33,409 nucleotides of DNA from Sphacelaria rigidula (Eukaryota), in contig CAXNAA020000033.1 in the NCBI GenBank assembly GCA_964200075.2, forward strand, positions 1 to 33,409, written 5' to 3'. Each line of letters begins with the position of its first letter. Position 1 is the first letter of the stretch. Position numbers and translations under genes: made by a program. This document shows, piece by piece, positions 1-12,370 of this stretch. Below the pieces are notes generated by a model that saw only the letters and a program-made list of their open reading frames with translations, searched no databases and was not told the DNA's origin.

Positions 1-343
1 CTAGGTTTTGGTGGCTTGTTTTACAGCGCCGTTGCCACTCGACGCCAACCCAAGAGTCTAGAGGTGAGGGGGACGGCGACACAAGAGAGGGAGGGGGGAA
101 TGTTATGGCCGTGGTGTTGCAAAAAAGAATATCCAACATCGAGGTAGCGGCAGTCATGAAATGTAATTAACGTGATATAAAAATATTGTTATGCCCGCAA
201 GGGCAGATCCATGCAAACTCCTGGGTGCCAGGCGTGCGCGCCCACTTCATGTTCACCCCTTGCAAGTCTTCTGGAATCTGCGGCACAGTTCCAGCGCCGG
301 TACCCTCAGCGCTTTGATCTTTACTCCCTACTTCTGCGGACAT
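1..343 (-). CDS. Possible 5' part of a spliced gene (343-172, 57-1) with a zinc-finger-like motif; maybe transposon-derived
   Basis: ATG at 343; GTTAAT donor at 171; pyrimidine tract and TAG acceptor at 58. Joined frame reads WICPCGHNNIFISHSWVGVEWQRRCKTSH and stays open to the window edge. Confidence 0.3.
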
Positions 344-559
344 GTTCTTCTCTACTTGCTTCGACTTGCCCCTACAGTACCACCTACCGTTTCGGTACAC
401 CCGGCGCAGGCCGACGTTACCAGCAAACACGTGCGGTGCAGTACAGCAACTACTATCGCCATCATCCAGCGATCAGGGGGTACCCCCCCTCAAAAAATCG
501 GATACCCCCCCCCCCTCCTCCAACCCCAGAATGAGGTTTGTGCGGCGAAAGAGGGGGTG

Positions 560-764
560 GTGAAATCGATATGGGCCCCCTCGGTGCAGCAGTCCCTTTC
601 TCTCGTCGACAGTGGAGCCGAATTTTGTGTATACCTACGACATAGTCCCTCTTCACCGTTGGGAACGGTGTGAGAAAAGATCGTGTGACTTCACCGAGAT
701 TCGAACCCACGACCCAACCATCAGAAGGTTCCGAGGTTGCCAACTGCGCCACCGGGGCGACCGG
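560..764 (-). mobile_element. tRNA-derived SINE
   Basis: Minus strand starts ccggtcgccccggTGGCGCAGTTGG (Pol III A box, 740-751) and has GGTTCGAATC (B box, 698-707). No complete cloverleaf. Unrelated body follows, with hairpin caccgtt-ggg-aacggtg at 654-670. 3' boundary approximate. Confidence 0.78.
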
Positions 765-1356
765 TTCTAAGCATCTATTAATAGGACATCTTCTTTGACA
801 TTGACCGAAACGTCCGGTCTTGTTGATACCAACCTGAACAAGCATGGCACAGAAAATGCGTTTGTTGTCAGCATCCAAAAGCAACTCCACCTACCCCCCC
901 GGTTCCTTGATTCGGGGCACTCTCTAAGCACGGGCGGGAAGTACGGGCGACAGGCACACACGAACATCCAACCGGTGACCTGTCGCACCTGTGAGCATGT
1001 AGAACACGTAGCGCGGCCGACCCTAAGAGGAACAAAGCGATATTGAAGCCACCGCTAAACGTCAGCAGCCTGACGGAGGGCCCTCTCTATATCAAAGTGA
1101 CTCATCCAAGAGCATAGGGGATCATCACTGGTATTAGGGTGATTCATAGTGTAGAATACGTTGCCTCTGAAAGCTTCGGAGCCGTCTCAACACGCGTGCT
1201 GAACTCGCACGTATGTGCAACGCGCTGCCTCGACATATGTGAACTTTTCGGGTCATCGGTACTCTCTTGTGATTTTTCGAAGGATACGCTGTATCTGGGC
1301 GGGGACTCGCGCACGAGATTGGCATATCGAGAAATAAATTCACGGGGATTTTGAAT

Positions 1357-2329
1357 ACCAATGCGGGATGGGTTGCAGTTGTAGTAGCTTCAATCTGAAA
1401 TGGGTTTTTTTTTCATCATTTTTACATAGTCAGCGATTGTGAATGGTTTTTCACGCGCCACCGCTCATCCCAGCGAGCGGTTGATCCTGACGTTTGGGAG
1501 TCGGGAGATACTATAAGGGACATGCGCTCCACGTTCTAAAAAAAATCGCCCCTGCGCTCGATATTGAACGATTTCCAAGCTGAATTGGCAATGGGTGGTA
1601 TTGACCATTCTCGGTCGAGAAATCATTTTTTGGTTCTAGCGCAATAAAATAAGTGAAAAAAAGATGACGTAAAATCATTCATGAGAGTGATCAGGAATGG
1701 TACACCCCCGCCTGGGATATGCAGAGCTGGGTTGGGCAATTTTTGTTTTCAGGCACTTTACTGAATTTTTTCGATTAGTATCCGTCCTCGGCACTTAGAG
1801 GTCCTGGCGTCGATAGATATTCGGAAGATAAGCAGGTCGTGCTCAGAACACAATCCTCAATTGGTGATGTCGGGGTGATACGTAGTCAGTATCTTGTTCA
1901 TTAGGGGGTGTTATCGACCGTCACTGGTCCACAAAACACGTTTTTTCGGCTCTAACGCAATAAATAGGTGAAAACTAAAGTAGCAATCATTTTCATCTGT
2001 TTATGAAAAATTTAAGGATTGTTACAATCGAGGAAAAATACACAATTGTCAGATTCTGGGGCTGGGTAATCTCAGGACCCCTGAAAACCGGTCAGCCTGT
2101 AAGTCGTTCAATAATGAGCGCAGATGTGACTTTGTTTCGGAATGTGGAGGGGATGTCTGGTATCTCCCGATTCCCAAACTATGAGATCAAACGTTCGCTG
2201 GGATGAGCGGTGGCGGGCGAAAACGCTTTCGAACATCCCCGACTACGAAAAAACTACGAGAATCTCCTATTTCAGATGTGAAGTACTGTACGATCTCCAC
2301 GGTGGAGCTTGCAACCATCGGCTCATGGT
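1357..2329. mobile_element. Long-inverted-repeat (foldback/MITE-like) non-autonomous element
   Basis: Arms ~1357-1512 and ~2158-2329 are imperfect reverse complements: perfect 21-mer 1456-1476 vs 2195-2215; 19/20 match 1492-1511 vs 2160-2179. Internal direct repeat ~1626-1660 vs ~1941-1973. No TSD found. Confidence 0.65.
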
Positions 2330-3259
2330 CGTGCCCGTGCGATTCGCACTCCTCTCACTTCATGCCGTTGCATGCTTCTCGCAACCCCTACTGGTCTCAT
2401 TCGCCTCATTACAAGGACTGTGCCTTCTCCTTAGCATCAGAACCCATACTGGCGGTGGAGATACAACACCTACTTTTTTTTATAAGAACGCCACCAGGCA
2501 TATGCCGTATTACAATTCTGCACGTGCCGCAGACCACCGCACATTGCCGTGACGACTGACACCACCACAAACGGATATCTCGCCAGCAGTGCATGGAGCC
2601 CCACGAATGTATAAAAGATCGTTCGTATTGGGTAAACGCCAACTAGAGAATAGTTCCTGGTTATCATCAGTTATGGCTTCCACCCTCAAACAGTTCTGCA
2701 AACAAACGTAGATCAGTTGTTTTGACTGTGATGCCTTCGAGTAGGGGTCACAAAACAATCAGCGCCCGTATGCAGTTGATTTCCATCTACTGTACGCGTG
2801 CGTTGAAAATCGCTTCACGTTGTACGAACACTACAGATGCAGGGGCTACAAGACTGCGAGAAAATAGTGTGGTCACTCCCAGTGGACACGTGTTTTTCAT
2901 TGTTGGAATTTAGTGCAGGACAAAACTAGTGCAATTTGAATTTGATCAAGTCAAGCAAACGAGCGCCAATAGATGTGGGTCATAGGCCGACAGGCGATAC
3001 TGCTCTTCATCTACGGGATGTATGGTTTTTGGCGAACCCATAAGTCACATGTGTCGGTTCGCAGTCTTGCAAGCCTCTAGTCCCCTGATAAAACCACTTT
3101 TTGTTATTCGTGGCTTGGTCTCGATTAGATATTACCAGCGTCTTGTTTGATGGTTTCCACTGCTACCCTAATGAATTGACACGATTTTCTTCAGGTCTGA
3201 GTTTCTCTCCTGATCAACGGCTATACACAAAGTACCTAACTTAAACATTATGAGAAAAA

Positions 3260-3600
3260 GTCCAGGGCTTGCAAATAATTGGCACGTGGCATCGACGGTT
3301 AAACAAAGGACTACAGAGGTTGCGACGTGGGTGCTCGAAAACAGGTAGGAAAACAGATTCCCGATGTTGAAGATTAGCGAAGAATAGCATTAACATAGAG
3401 TGGACAAGCACAGATTTGCTCGGAGAAATTGCCCCAATAGACTGTTGTACGGTAACACAACCCACGGAAAAGGTGGCGACGTGGGTGTTAAAAAAATGGG
3501 TAGGAGAGAGGACTGACGTGGGATATGAACAGAGAACAGCGGCAAATTAGAGCGAGTATGTACATATTTGCCCAGAGAAATCCCTCCGCATCACTGCTGT
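3260..3600. repeat. Old diverged tandem repeat, ~153-bp period
   Basis: cgacgtgggtg...ggtagga at 3323 and 3477; acagatttgctcggagaaat (3410) vs acatatttgcccagagaaat (3562). Confidence 0.55.
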
Positions 3601-5794
3601 AACGGGGTTCCGTAGTCTGGCGCCAGTGTTTGAGTCGGCGGTTGACGGATCGATCTTAGAACTCCACGTCAGGTAGACGTAGCAATCAAGATACAAGTAG
3701 TAATCAAGGCGGGGTGGCAACGACAATCGGTATGGAAGCAGTAAATGCGCTAAATAGTGCCCAACTCTACCCTACAGCATGAGCACCAGCGTTGTCAACT
3801 TGGGCCCTCAAGTGGATCTTGCGGCAATCGGAACGCGGCGGTGCTGTAGTACGACGATGGCTACCACGATTACGAGTACAGGGCTTCAAAACTGTGTGAG
3901 TTTTGTCGCCGGGACTGTGAGCGCACCCAAGACGCCGTTGATCTGAGAAACAGATATCGCAGCTGAATAGTGTGCAAAGCCAGCCCAAGCCTGAGGTGTG
4001 AAGATCTTCGTTCGTTATTCATTGGTAGTTGCAAGCCAGAGATGATTTACTACTGTACTGTGCTGCATTCCCCTCAGCGTGCAATTGGAATGTCGAACAC
4101 CGCCGGTGATTGTACTGCACTGCGCTGCTGCACCCTACCGCTGGTGGTACTACAGTTTAAATAAACAGTACCTTCACTGTCTGTTCATGTACTGTACTGA
4201 CGGTACAACAAAACCCCAAGTACATTGCGTGCATACACCGGCAGACCGCGCGATCTAGTTCACCTGCACGAACTTCACACATATTTCAAGCAGCGCATAT
4301 ACCCTTCGCCGACATCATAGCATCACACCTTTTGGATGTCACCCATTACCCCTCCAGGATCGCTGGGAACCCGTTCCGTAACATCCGCTGCTGGAGCCGC
4401 ATCGCTGGCCTGAGATCCAGGCTCCGTTATGTCACCTTCGACAGGGGGACCAGAACATTTCACTTCTTCCGCACTTACCACGACAGCACCGACATTGTCT
4501 CTACTGCTGCTTACACTTCCGGTATCATGTTGTTCCATCGTGAAAGTCGGCCTGTCTCTCCTGCACCGAAGAGAGCCTAGAGCGCCCTGCTACAACAGTA
4601 GGTTGCACCACCAGGATTGCAATGGGTCATTATCCATCGCTCCATCTGGCTAATGACAGAGGTGTATCCGAGATGAGAGTTTGGAGTATAACGAAACTGT
4701 TGCGCGAATCGATCTTCGATCTTTGTGCTAACTGGTGCTTTCCAACCGGACGTGGAGGGCCGCTACAACACCACAGCGGACACCGCCCTATGCGTTGTAT
4801 ATCTTCATGACAGAGAGCATCGGAGATGTGGGAAATAGGGGGTAACAGGAGATCGAAAATCTGAACTTGTTAGGCAAGATACCATACGGTGCAGTATCGG
4901 ATCTTACAGCACACTTAATAATGGTATCCACCACCACCTGTAGATACACACTGAAGTAGGTAGCATGGCGAAGTCCCGTTCATGTACACTGTCAATATTT
5001 GACGGCACTTCACTGTACGTAAGAGGAGCATTCTCCTCTCTTTCCCTGTAGGCATTTTCTTCGTAGCGGCGATCCGCGCGACCAACATAGCGGAACCTCG
5101 GCGGCCACCTATGTCTACGGCCGACCGCTGGCACAACCTTCTCCGTGTTGGGTGACCGAACAGCCAAGGCAGAGTTGCCGCCATGCTCTGGAGCAGATCC
5201 TTCTTGGCTCGGGATTTGCCCGTGGCGGTGAAGATTCTGTTGCTCGCTCTTTGCTCCATTCGTGGAGGTGCAAGGAGGGCAGATGTTGGAGCAGCGTCCA
5301 CCAAGTCGCGCGGTCAGCAGTACAGGTGGGCAGCCAATAATTGCTATTTCGAGACGCTGTAATGTACGCCAAGCTCAGGTCTACCGTACACGTGGTCAAA
5401 TCAGCCAACCAACAGTATGGCGTGTGGGGGGAAGATGGGAAACGGCGTTGGGGGTGTGTTTCATGAGCCTGTCATGTGTACAGTTTCTTCTTTCCGTTAG
5501 TGACGTTCGACCAGGGAACAGGACCGCTGAACCCTTCTCGCGATGAAACTAAGTCAAGTATAGAAGAAGGAGGGTGGAGAACTAAACAAAAAAAAAAAGT
5601 CCTGTGTTGGCCTTCCTCCGGTGTGACCCCGGCTGATGCGCACATATACCAAAGGTGTAGACTGGCATCCAGAATGGATGGGATGACAATACACACTCAT
5701 CGCGCAAAACACCAAGGCTGTGTTCTGTAGGGTACGGGTATGTTCTGTAGCGTATGAGATTCCTTACAGAACTTACGGAACTATCGGATATCTG

Positions 5795-6470
5795 TTTGAA
5801 AGTCTTACAGAAATTACAGAAGCTGTCGGGTACCGATTTGAAAGTCTTACAGCAACTGCAAAACTTGTCGGGTACGGTGTGGGAGGCTTACAGAAAAAGC
5901 GTATCAGCAATCGGGTATTTCTTCAAGAGCATACCCGCGCTCCGGGTATGGAAAAAACTGTGTACAGAACGCACAGAAGCTGTCGGGTAAGGGTACGGGA
6001 GGCTTGCAGAACTCACAGAAGCTGTCGGGTAGGGTTTGGAAGTTGCACAGAAAACCGTCCCCGCAACTGGATATCTTATCAGGAGCGTACCCGTGCCCTC
6101 CGGTAACGGTACGGCAGGCTTACAGAAGTCATAGACCCATCGGGTACCGGTTTGAAAGTCTTACAGAAATTACAGAAGCTGTCGGGTACCGGTTTGAAAG
6201 TCTTACAGCAACTGCAAAACTTGTCGGGTACGGTGTGGGGGGCTTACAGAAAAAGCGTATCAGCAATCGGGTATTTCTTCAAGAGCATACCCGCGCTCCG
6301 GGTATGGAAAAAACTGTGTACAGAACGCACAGAAGCTGTCGGGTAGGGTTTGGAGGTTGCACAGAAAACCGTACCCGCAACTGGATATCTTACCAGGAGC
6401 GTACCCGTGCCCCCCGGTAACGGTACGGCAGGCTTACAGAAGTCATAGACCCATCGGGTATCGATATAAA
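5795..6470 (+). repeat. Near-identical tandem duplication (356-bp period) built of ~40-bp subrepeats, inside the hAT-like element
   Basis: tttgaaagtcttacagaaattacagaagctgtcgggtacc at 5795 and 6151; the second copy lacks one 42-bp subunit (offset falls from 356 to 314). Confidence 0.9.
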
Positions 6471-7659
6471 ACTCTTACAGAATTTACAGAAGCTGTCGGG
6501 TACCGGTTTGAAAGTCTTGAAGGAGTCACAGAGCTGTAAGGTACGGAAAATACCCCGGAAAATGCTCCGGGTATACAGAAAACCGTACCCTTCAAAGCAC
6601 AATCTTGATATTATCATTGCCCCTGTGGTGAGACCCACGTCACTACAGTGGCGAACTACAGATGACCGTCCACGAGAACTTTGAACGGTTTCACGGGGTT
6701 GATAGAGAAAGACTACACGAACACTCGCAGTAGTGCATGTGCACGGGATTGTCAACATCTATCGGCTTCACGTATACTTCCAGAGAGTACATGAGGGAGC
6801 ATTGACGGCTACCTGCTCTCTGGAAAGCCTTCTGGCACAACAGAACCGTCGACGGGCATGACGACTTCCGGTGGAAGCTCATACTCTTTGCTGTGCATGT
6901 CGATAACGGCTTGGGGTTTGATGACCACGACACAATCACCATGAACGTCGATGACGTGCGTCTTGCTACTTGATCCCCTTGTGGCGCAGATGAACCGCCC
7001 CCACTCGAGCCACCAGTCGAGTCTGGCGGAGATTCATGCTGACGGTCTGCATTTTGTTTTGTTGCACTTTGAACCCCCCCCGTTCCTTGGGACGGGTCCA
7101 TGGTCTCAAGGGATCATCCCAACTCTCCCCCGGTACACGCCTTGCATTTTGGTCCCGCGGATTGGGTCAGCACTCTCGCACTGTGTCAACTCACGTCAAA
7201 CAAACTCAGTCGCTTACTTTGCTTTCTCACGTTATCACGCTTTCCGCGGTGGACATCAGATATTACGAAGAAAGAACGAAAAACCCAACGCATCGGGAAT
7301 GGAACCCTCGTTCTCTCTACCCGAATGGCGAGAGGCAGACCATTACACCACCGGGTCGCGGCGACTCTACTACAAACGCACTGCACTGCACTGCACTTCA
7401 GTACTGCACATATTTCGTGTTTCCACTCAGCAGTAGTACCTCGTATCCCGTCAAATTTGAAATAAAAAAATCTTCCAACATTGAACTTTTGTTCGTGTAC
7501 AGTGTTGAATGAAGGAGTAGGGTAAGTTGATCGATGCGAGGTACATGCTTAGATCATGAAATTGTGTTTGGATCAAACCTCTATGCATACCTCCCCAAGT
7601 TATATATCCGTGCTCGTATCTGCAATGGGGTATATCTACAACGGTATACCCTATCCTCA

Positions 7660-8127
7660 GGTAGAGGTATGGGAGACTTACAGAGCTCACAAAGCTGTAG
7701 CGTACCGGTACTGGATGGAAGTCTCACAAAAAATACATAACTTGTCGGGTACGGTATGGGAGGCTCACAGAAAATCGTATCGGCAATCGGGTATTTCTTC
7801 AAGAGCATACCCGCGCTCCAGGTACGGGTAAACATTGTTTACAGAGCACACATAACTGTGGGGTAAGGGTATGGGAGGCTTACAGAGCTCACATAAACCG
7901 TCGGGTAGGGTTTGGAGGTTGTACAGGAAACCGTACACGCAACCGGGTATCCTACCAAGAGCATACCCGTGCCCCCCGGTAACGATACGGCAGGATTACA
8001 GAACTCACAGAACTACCGGGTGAGGGTTTGAAAGTCTTACAGAAGTCACAGAACTGTTGGGTACAGTAAAGATCCGGAAACATACCTCGGATTCACAGAA
8101 AACCGTATTCTACAGAACACAACCTTG
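7660..8127 (+). repeat. Diverged same-orientation second copy of the subterminal array, ending in the right TIR
   Basis: cggcaatcgggtatttcttcaagagcatacccgcgctcc (7781-7819) matches ~5905-5943 and ~6261-6299. Confidence 0.85.
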
Positions 8128-9699
8128 CAAAACACCATAGACATGTAATAATGAAAGTAGTGACTCCATTGCTCAGGCGGATGAAGAATGCTAACCATAA
8201 TAGCCATTCGACAGCGTGTCCGACATCGATGTATGCACGCACAAGAATTCAAACAACAACACCAGAACCAACGTCAACACCATTGCCAACATTTCACTCA
8301 CCGCGCCGCTTTCCCCACACAACACAGGGAAAGTCGACACCGTGTTCTGCACATGCATCCCGCTTTCTCTTTGGAAAAAGAAGGTCGGACTGATTTCGAT
8401 GAGGCATGAATTATGGTGGTGATCTTCGGAATTGAACTGCCGTGAAGATGACGCCAGTTTAGTATCGAGCTGTTTCGGTGAATCACTATTTCGACCCACA
8501 CGAAGTATGCCTGACAAACACCAAGGAGCATAGTTCAACTAGGTCGCTTCATATAGTCTGAAAAAAGTCGCCGGAAAAGTCCCGGCGGGCGATTTTTATC
8601 GGTGAAGGTTTTCGTCGAAGTCCGTTTTTAAAACCCCACCTTAAGGTTCATGAAAAATTCCCGGGGGTTGTACACCCAAGGCCACCATCTAGCTTGCGTG
8701 CAAACGGTGTTAGTGGTCATTATTTACACTGGGTGCTTGTGCCACCTGCGGTAAACTAAACACGCGATCTCGTGCAGGTACAGAATAGATGGGATGACAA
8801 CACAACACACACACGCAGTAACGATTTGTACTGGTATAGCGGGGGTCGAAACGACAGGCCTGTCAACCCTTGCTTCAGCCGACCACCGCTTGGTCAGTAG
8901 TAGTGGCGCAGCAGTTCAGCGGTGCAGGGTGCACCGGTATGGTTTGAGCAGTACGCACATGCATAGCTACTGCTGCACTGGCTGTGTATACTACACTTGT
9001 ATGTGTGGAGTGTGTAATCGAGCGCCACTTCCAGGCAGTTGATCTCACCGAGAACTGACCGTTTTCTTCTGACATATTCGGAAAAATCTCGCTGTCTGAA
9101 AAAATCCCGCAGTTTCCAGAGATGTTTTTTACGAAAAATGGCCGTATAGTGTCGCGTTCTGAAAAGCGTATCTGGAAACTGACCAGGATGATTGTTTTAA
9201 GTGAATTGTTCAGAATATTAGAAACGGCTTTAGCACCCGATAATAAAAAGTCTCGGAAAACGTTTCCCCGCATTTTAGAGTCAGCGTAGAAGGAAAAAAA
9301 GTCGATAAAGTTGTACGTTCCACAACGAAAAAATCACATTCAACTTTTCAGCGTGAGGTCGCTTCTTCTATCCAAAAAACGGACTCTCTGAGAACTACCC
9401 TTTTTGAGCCTTTCATCGCGGAGTTTTGGCGGAAAACGGGCCTTGGCAGATTGGGCCTCCTCTGAAAGATTTGCTACGCTTTCCAAAAGAATTCTAGCGC
9501 ACTTTACCGATATTTCGTACGCCCAGTTTTTCTTTTGGCAGGATTACCGATTTCCCAGTCGCCCAAAACTTCTTTGAGTTGTCGGGAAAAACACAAAAAC
9601 GTTCACGTGTTGCCCAACCGGTTTAGCAAAGTCATAATCTTGACGCAAAATACCACGGCCAATTCCCCTCTTCCAAACCTATCGATTCCCCTCCGACAG

Positions 9700-9780
9700 T
9701 CTTGTACAGCCGAAGCACTTGGTGGCGTACTACCCTTTCGACGGCCACTCTGGGAACATAGCTCCATCATCCTCCGGCAG
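9700..9780 (+). CDS. Exon A: start of LamG-like domain 1 (LVQPKHLVAYYPFDGHSGNIAPSSSG)
   Basis: Acceptor cccctccgacag, donor CAG|GTGAGG. LVAYYPFDG is the typical LamG-like N-terminal motif. Phase 2 end fits exon B. Alternative acceptor at 9710. Not in the ORF track. Confidence 0.8.
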
Positions 9781-12334
9781 GTGAGGTTCAACGTTGGTAT
9801 CGTAGATAATCTCCACACGGCAACAAGGTGGCGACTGCGAGCGGTAACGTAAACAAATGTTTGTGACCATTCCCCAGCCATATGGTGAGGTCGTGTGTGT
9901 TGCGCCAGACAAAGTGCAATATACTGACCGAGTACTTTCTGTAGGAACGCTTTCTGTAGCAGCACGATCCGTACCCGCTGTGTGTTTCGCTCCGAGGTTT
10001 TGGGAAAACAGCAGAGGTGTTGGCGGGACGTCCAGAGTATAATCACACACCTAGAATGACCGACTGGGACATCGAGTAATGCTACGGGAGGTGTGAGACA
10101 GAGACTTGCACGTAACGGGGATTGTATATATATCAGACAACCACACACCACTTTTACGGGCGAAAGTGGTTTCAAACCGTGCTTTAGTCTTCTTTTTTTC
10201 TTCTTGCTTTCAACACCCCCGCTTCTTCGGGACGAGTCCGAAGTCTCAAGGAGTCAACCCACCTCTCTCTCGGCACCTGCCTCGCAATTTATGATCAAGC
10301 ATTGGATCAGCATACCTGCACCACGTTGACACTCTTCAAAATTTCTTTGCTTCTCACCTCCTCACGTTTTTACCGTGTGTATACGTGGGTTATGTGGATA
10401 GTAGATAGCAACTGAGACATGATACCTACAGCATTGACCCTAAAGTGGCTGTTTCATACAAGCAATGGTTTAACCTCTCCGAACCCCCCCTCTCCGTAGG
10501 TTCATTTTCAGCAACCCCTTTGCCCTGTAGCCCTCCTGCATACGAACTGTTGCTCCCACCCGGAAGTTGACCGTAAACGCAACTCTAGAGCTAACCCTGA
10601 CCGCACTTATTCAATCCGAGTCATTTTCATGAACCTAATCCTCAATATTCATCCACTTTGCTGCATTTGCGTTTTCCACCCTTGGGCACCATCCACTTGC
10701 TCGCCAGCAACTCATTGGATGCACAAAACAGCGGCGGAGTTTCCACGAGCGAAGCGGTTTCAGGGTTGTCTTATTACCTCAGCGGACACGACTTTCTCGA
10801 CGTACCGAAGCTGGACATCAGTCCACAAGCTTTCCCCCTACTGACCATCGGCGCATGGGTGAAGGTGGGAACAGAAAGTCAGCGAATTATAATTCGAAAG
10901 AGTAGACATTATCGCACAGTTTAACAAAATCCCCTTTTTTACAGATCACGAGGTGTTTGCGTGTGATTTGAAAATAACAGATGAGGCGACTTGTGGCACA
11001 CTAAACGGTGAAGGTGCTTACATTTGAATACAGCGAGCTTTACCTGGACTTGTACGATAACATGTCAACAATACATGCATACAACAGAAAAATATTACTT
11101 TGCATCATGTCCACCGCTGTATAACTCATGCGACACGGCTCAAAGACGTCGAGCGGCTAGATCAAGTTCAGACAGGCCCCTAGACAAGAAAAAAACACTC
11201 ATGTACCAATAACGAAAACCCTGTTTTGCCCCGACGTACAGCTCTCGTGAGACGGCTCCCGAGACAGTAAACGGCCATATTAGTTTCAGGCCAAGTACTA
11301 GACATGGAAATGAGATTCCACGTACGAATGGTAGGGCCCTGTTTCGCCCCGATTCTGAGAGATTCTCGCTCAACGTTTCATGTTAGTGCCTCATCATTCA
11401 CTCGTTCCGCTCGTGCTCCAACTTTGTCCCCGCGCTGTCCTTGTCCCCGCACACGTTGCTGCACGCAAACTCAGATCCTAGGCTACGCTAAGCAGGGTTC
11501 GCGTAATGGGTTTGGCTCTTCCCGATATCTCTTTGCTGATACTAGCAGCGACCAATACAACAATACCGGTCGTTTCGTCGCCCTTGACTACCGGGGGGGG
11601 ATTGGAGGGGGGAAGGGGGCAGACGAAGATTTACCGAGCCAGGGACCAGGGTGGGCTCTCGGTACGGGGTCGGATGGAAACGGTGTGCTAGGGTTGGGTC
11701 AGGTTGCAGAGTTGTCAAGGTAAGCTCGAACATCGCCACGTATCCTCATGATATATCTTCTCTTGATCGCCGTGATGTTGGAACGCTTCTAGTGCGGGAT
11801 GAGCGACGCGCGCTCGCGCAGACGTTATTACCTTCCGGGATAGTGCCCTGGGGCGGCTGCGTGGGTGCCGTCGGTGCGAGTGAAGCGTAACAGGCGGGGG
11901 AGAAAGATCACTGGCTAATAGGTGGCAATTGATTTATCTTACTAGGCCATCGGTCGAACAAAGCCTCTTTCGGAGGAGGTGCAATATGGGTTGAAATGAA
12001 ATTTTAAAGGGTCTCGTCGGTACGGCGAACAGATGCTATCAGCGACGTTACACACAGACCAATAAATCAAACGGATAGTCCTCCGTTGGGTTGTCCTCGT
12101 GTACCGGACACAGCGTTCCATGCGTTTCGGAGCAAAATACCAAAAAACCAATAATAGTGTGTAGGGATATACGCGCAAGCGTTGGTAATCGAATGATGGT
12201 ATGAGCGGTGCTGCAAAGAGCACATCATTATTCTCTTGAAGATAATGTATCGGGATAATTACAATGCCGGACATACTGTATGCCAGGACGTGGCTTCTTC
12301 TCCGGCATCTTCCCCTGCATTTCGTTCAAGGTAG

Positions 12335-12370
<36 letters not shown>

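Larger units (their letters stand above)
5713..8127. mobile_element. Non-autonomous hAT-like DNA transposon, composite with cargo
   Basis: TIRs caaggctgtgttctgtagggtacg (5713-5736) and cgtattctacagaacacaaccttg (8104-8127), 21/24 complementary. Perfect 8-bp TSD caaaacac at 5705-5712 and 8128-8135. Subterminal arrays of acagaagctgtcgggta-type units. No transposase ORF. Confidence 0.85.

Noticed and set aside
690-764. tRNA gene
   Set aside because: A and B boxes are present but there is no proper acceptor or anticodon stem; better explained as a SINE head.
5720-6539. Repetitive ORFs and a CRISPR-like look of the ~40-bp units
   Set aside because: The units are degenerate tandem subrepeats with no unique spacers, inside a TIR/TSD-bounded element in a eukaryote; no cas genes.
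8540-9640. A/T-run-rich stretch that looks like DNA-transposon internal sequence
   Set aside because: No TIR pair, TSD or ORF could be defined, so it was not called.
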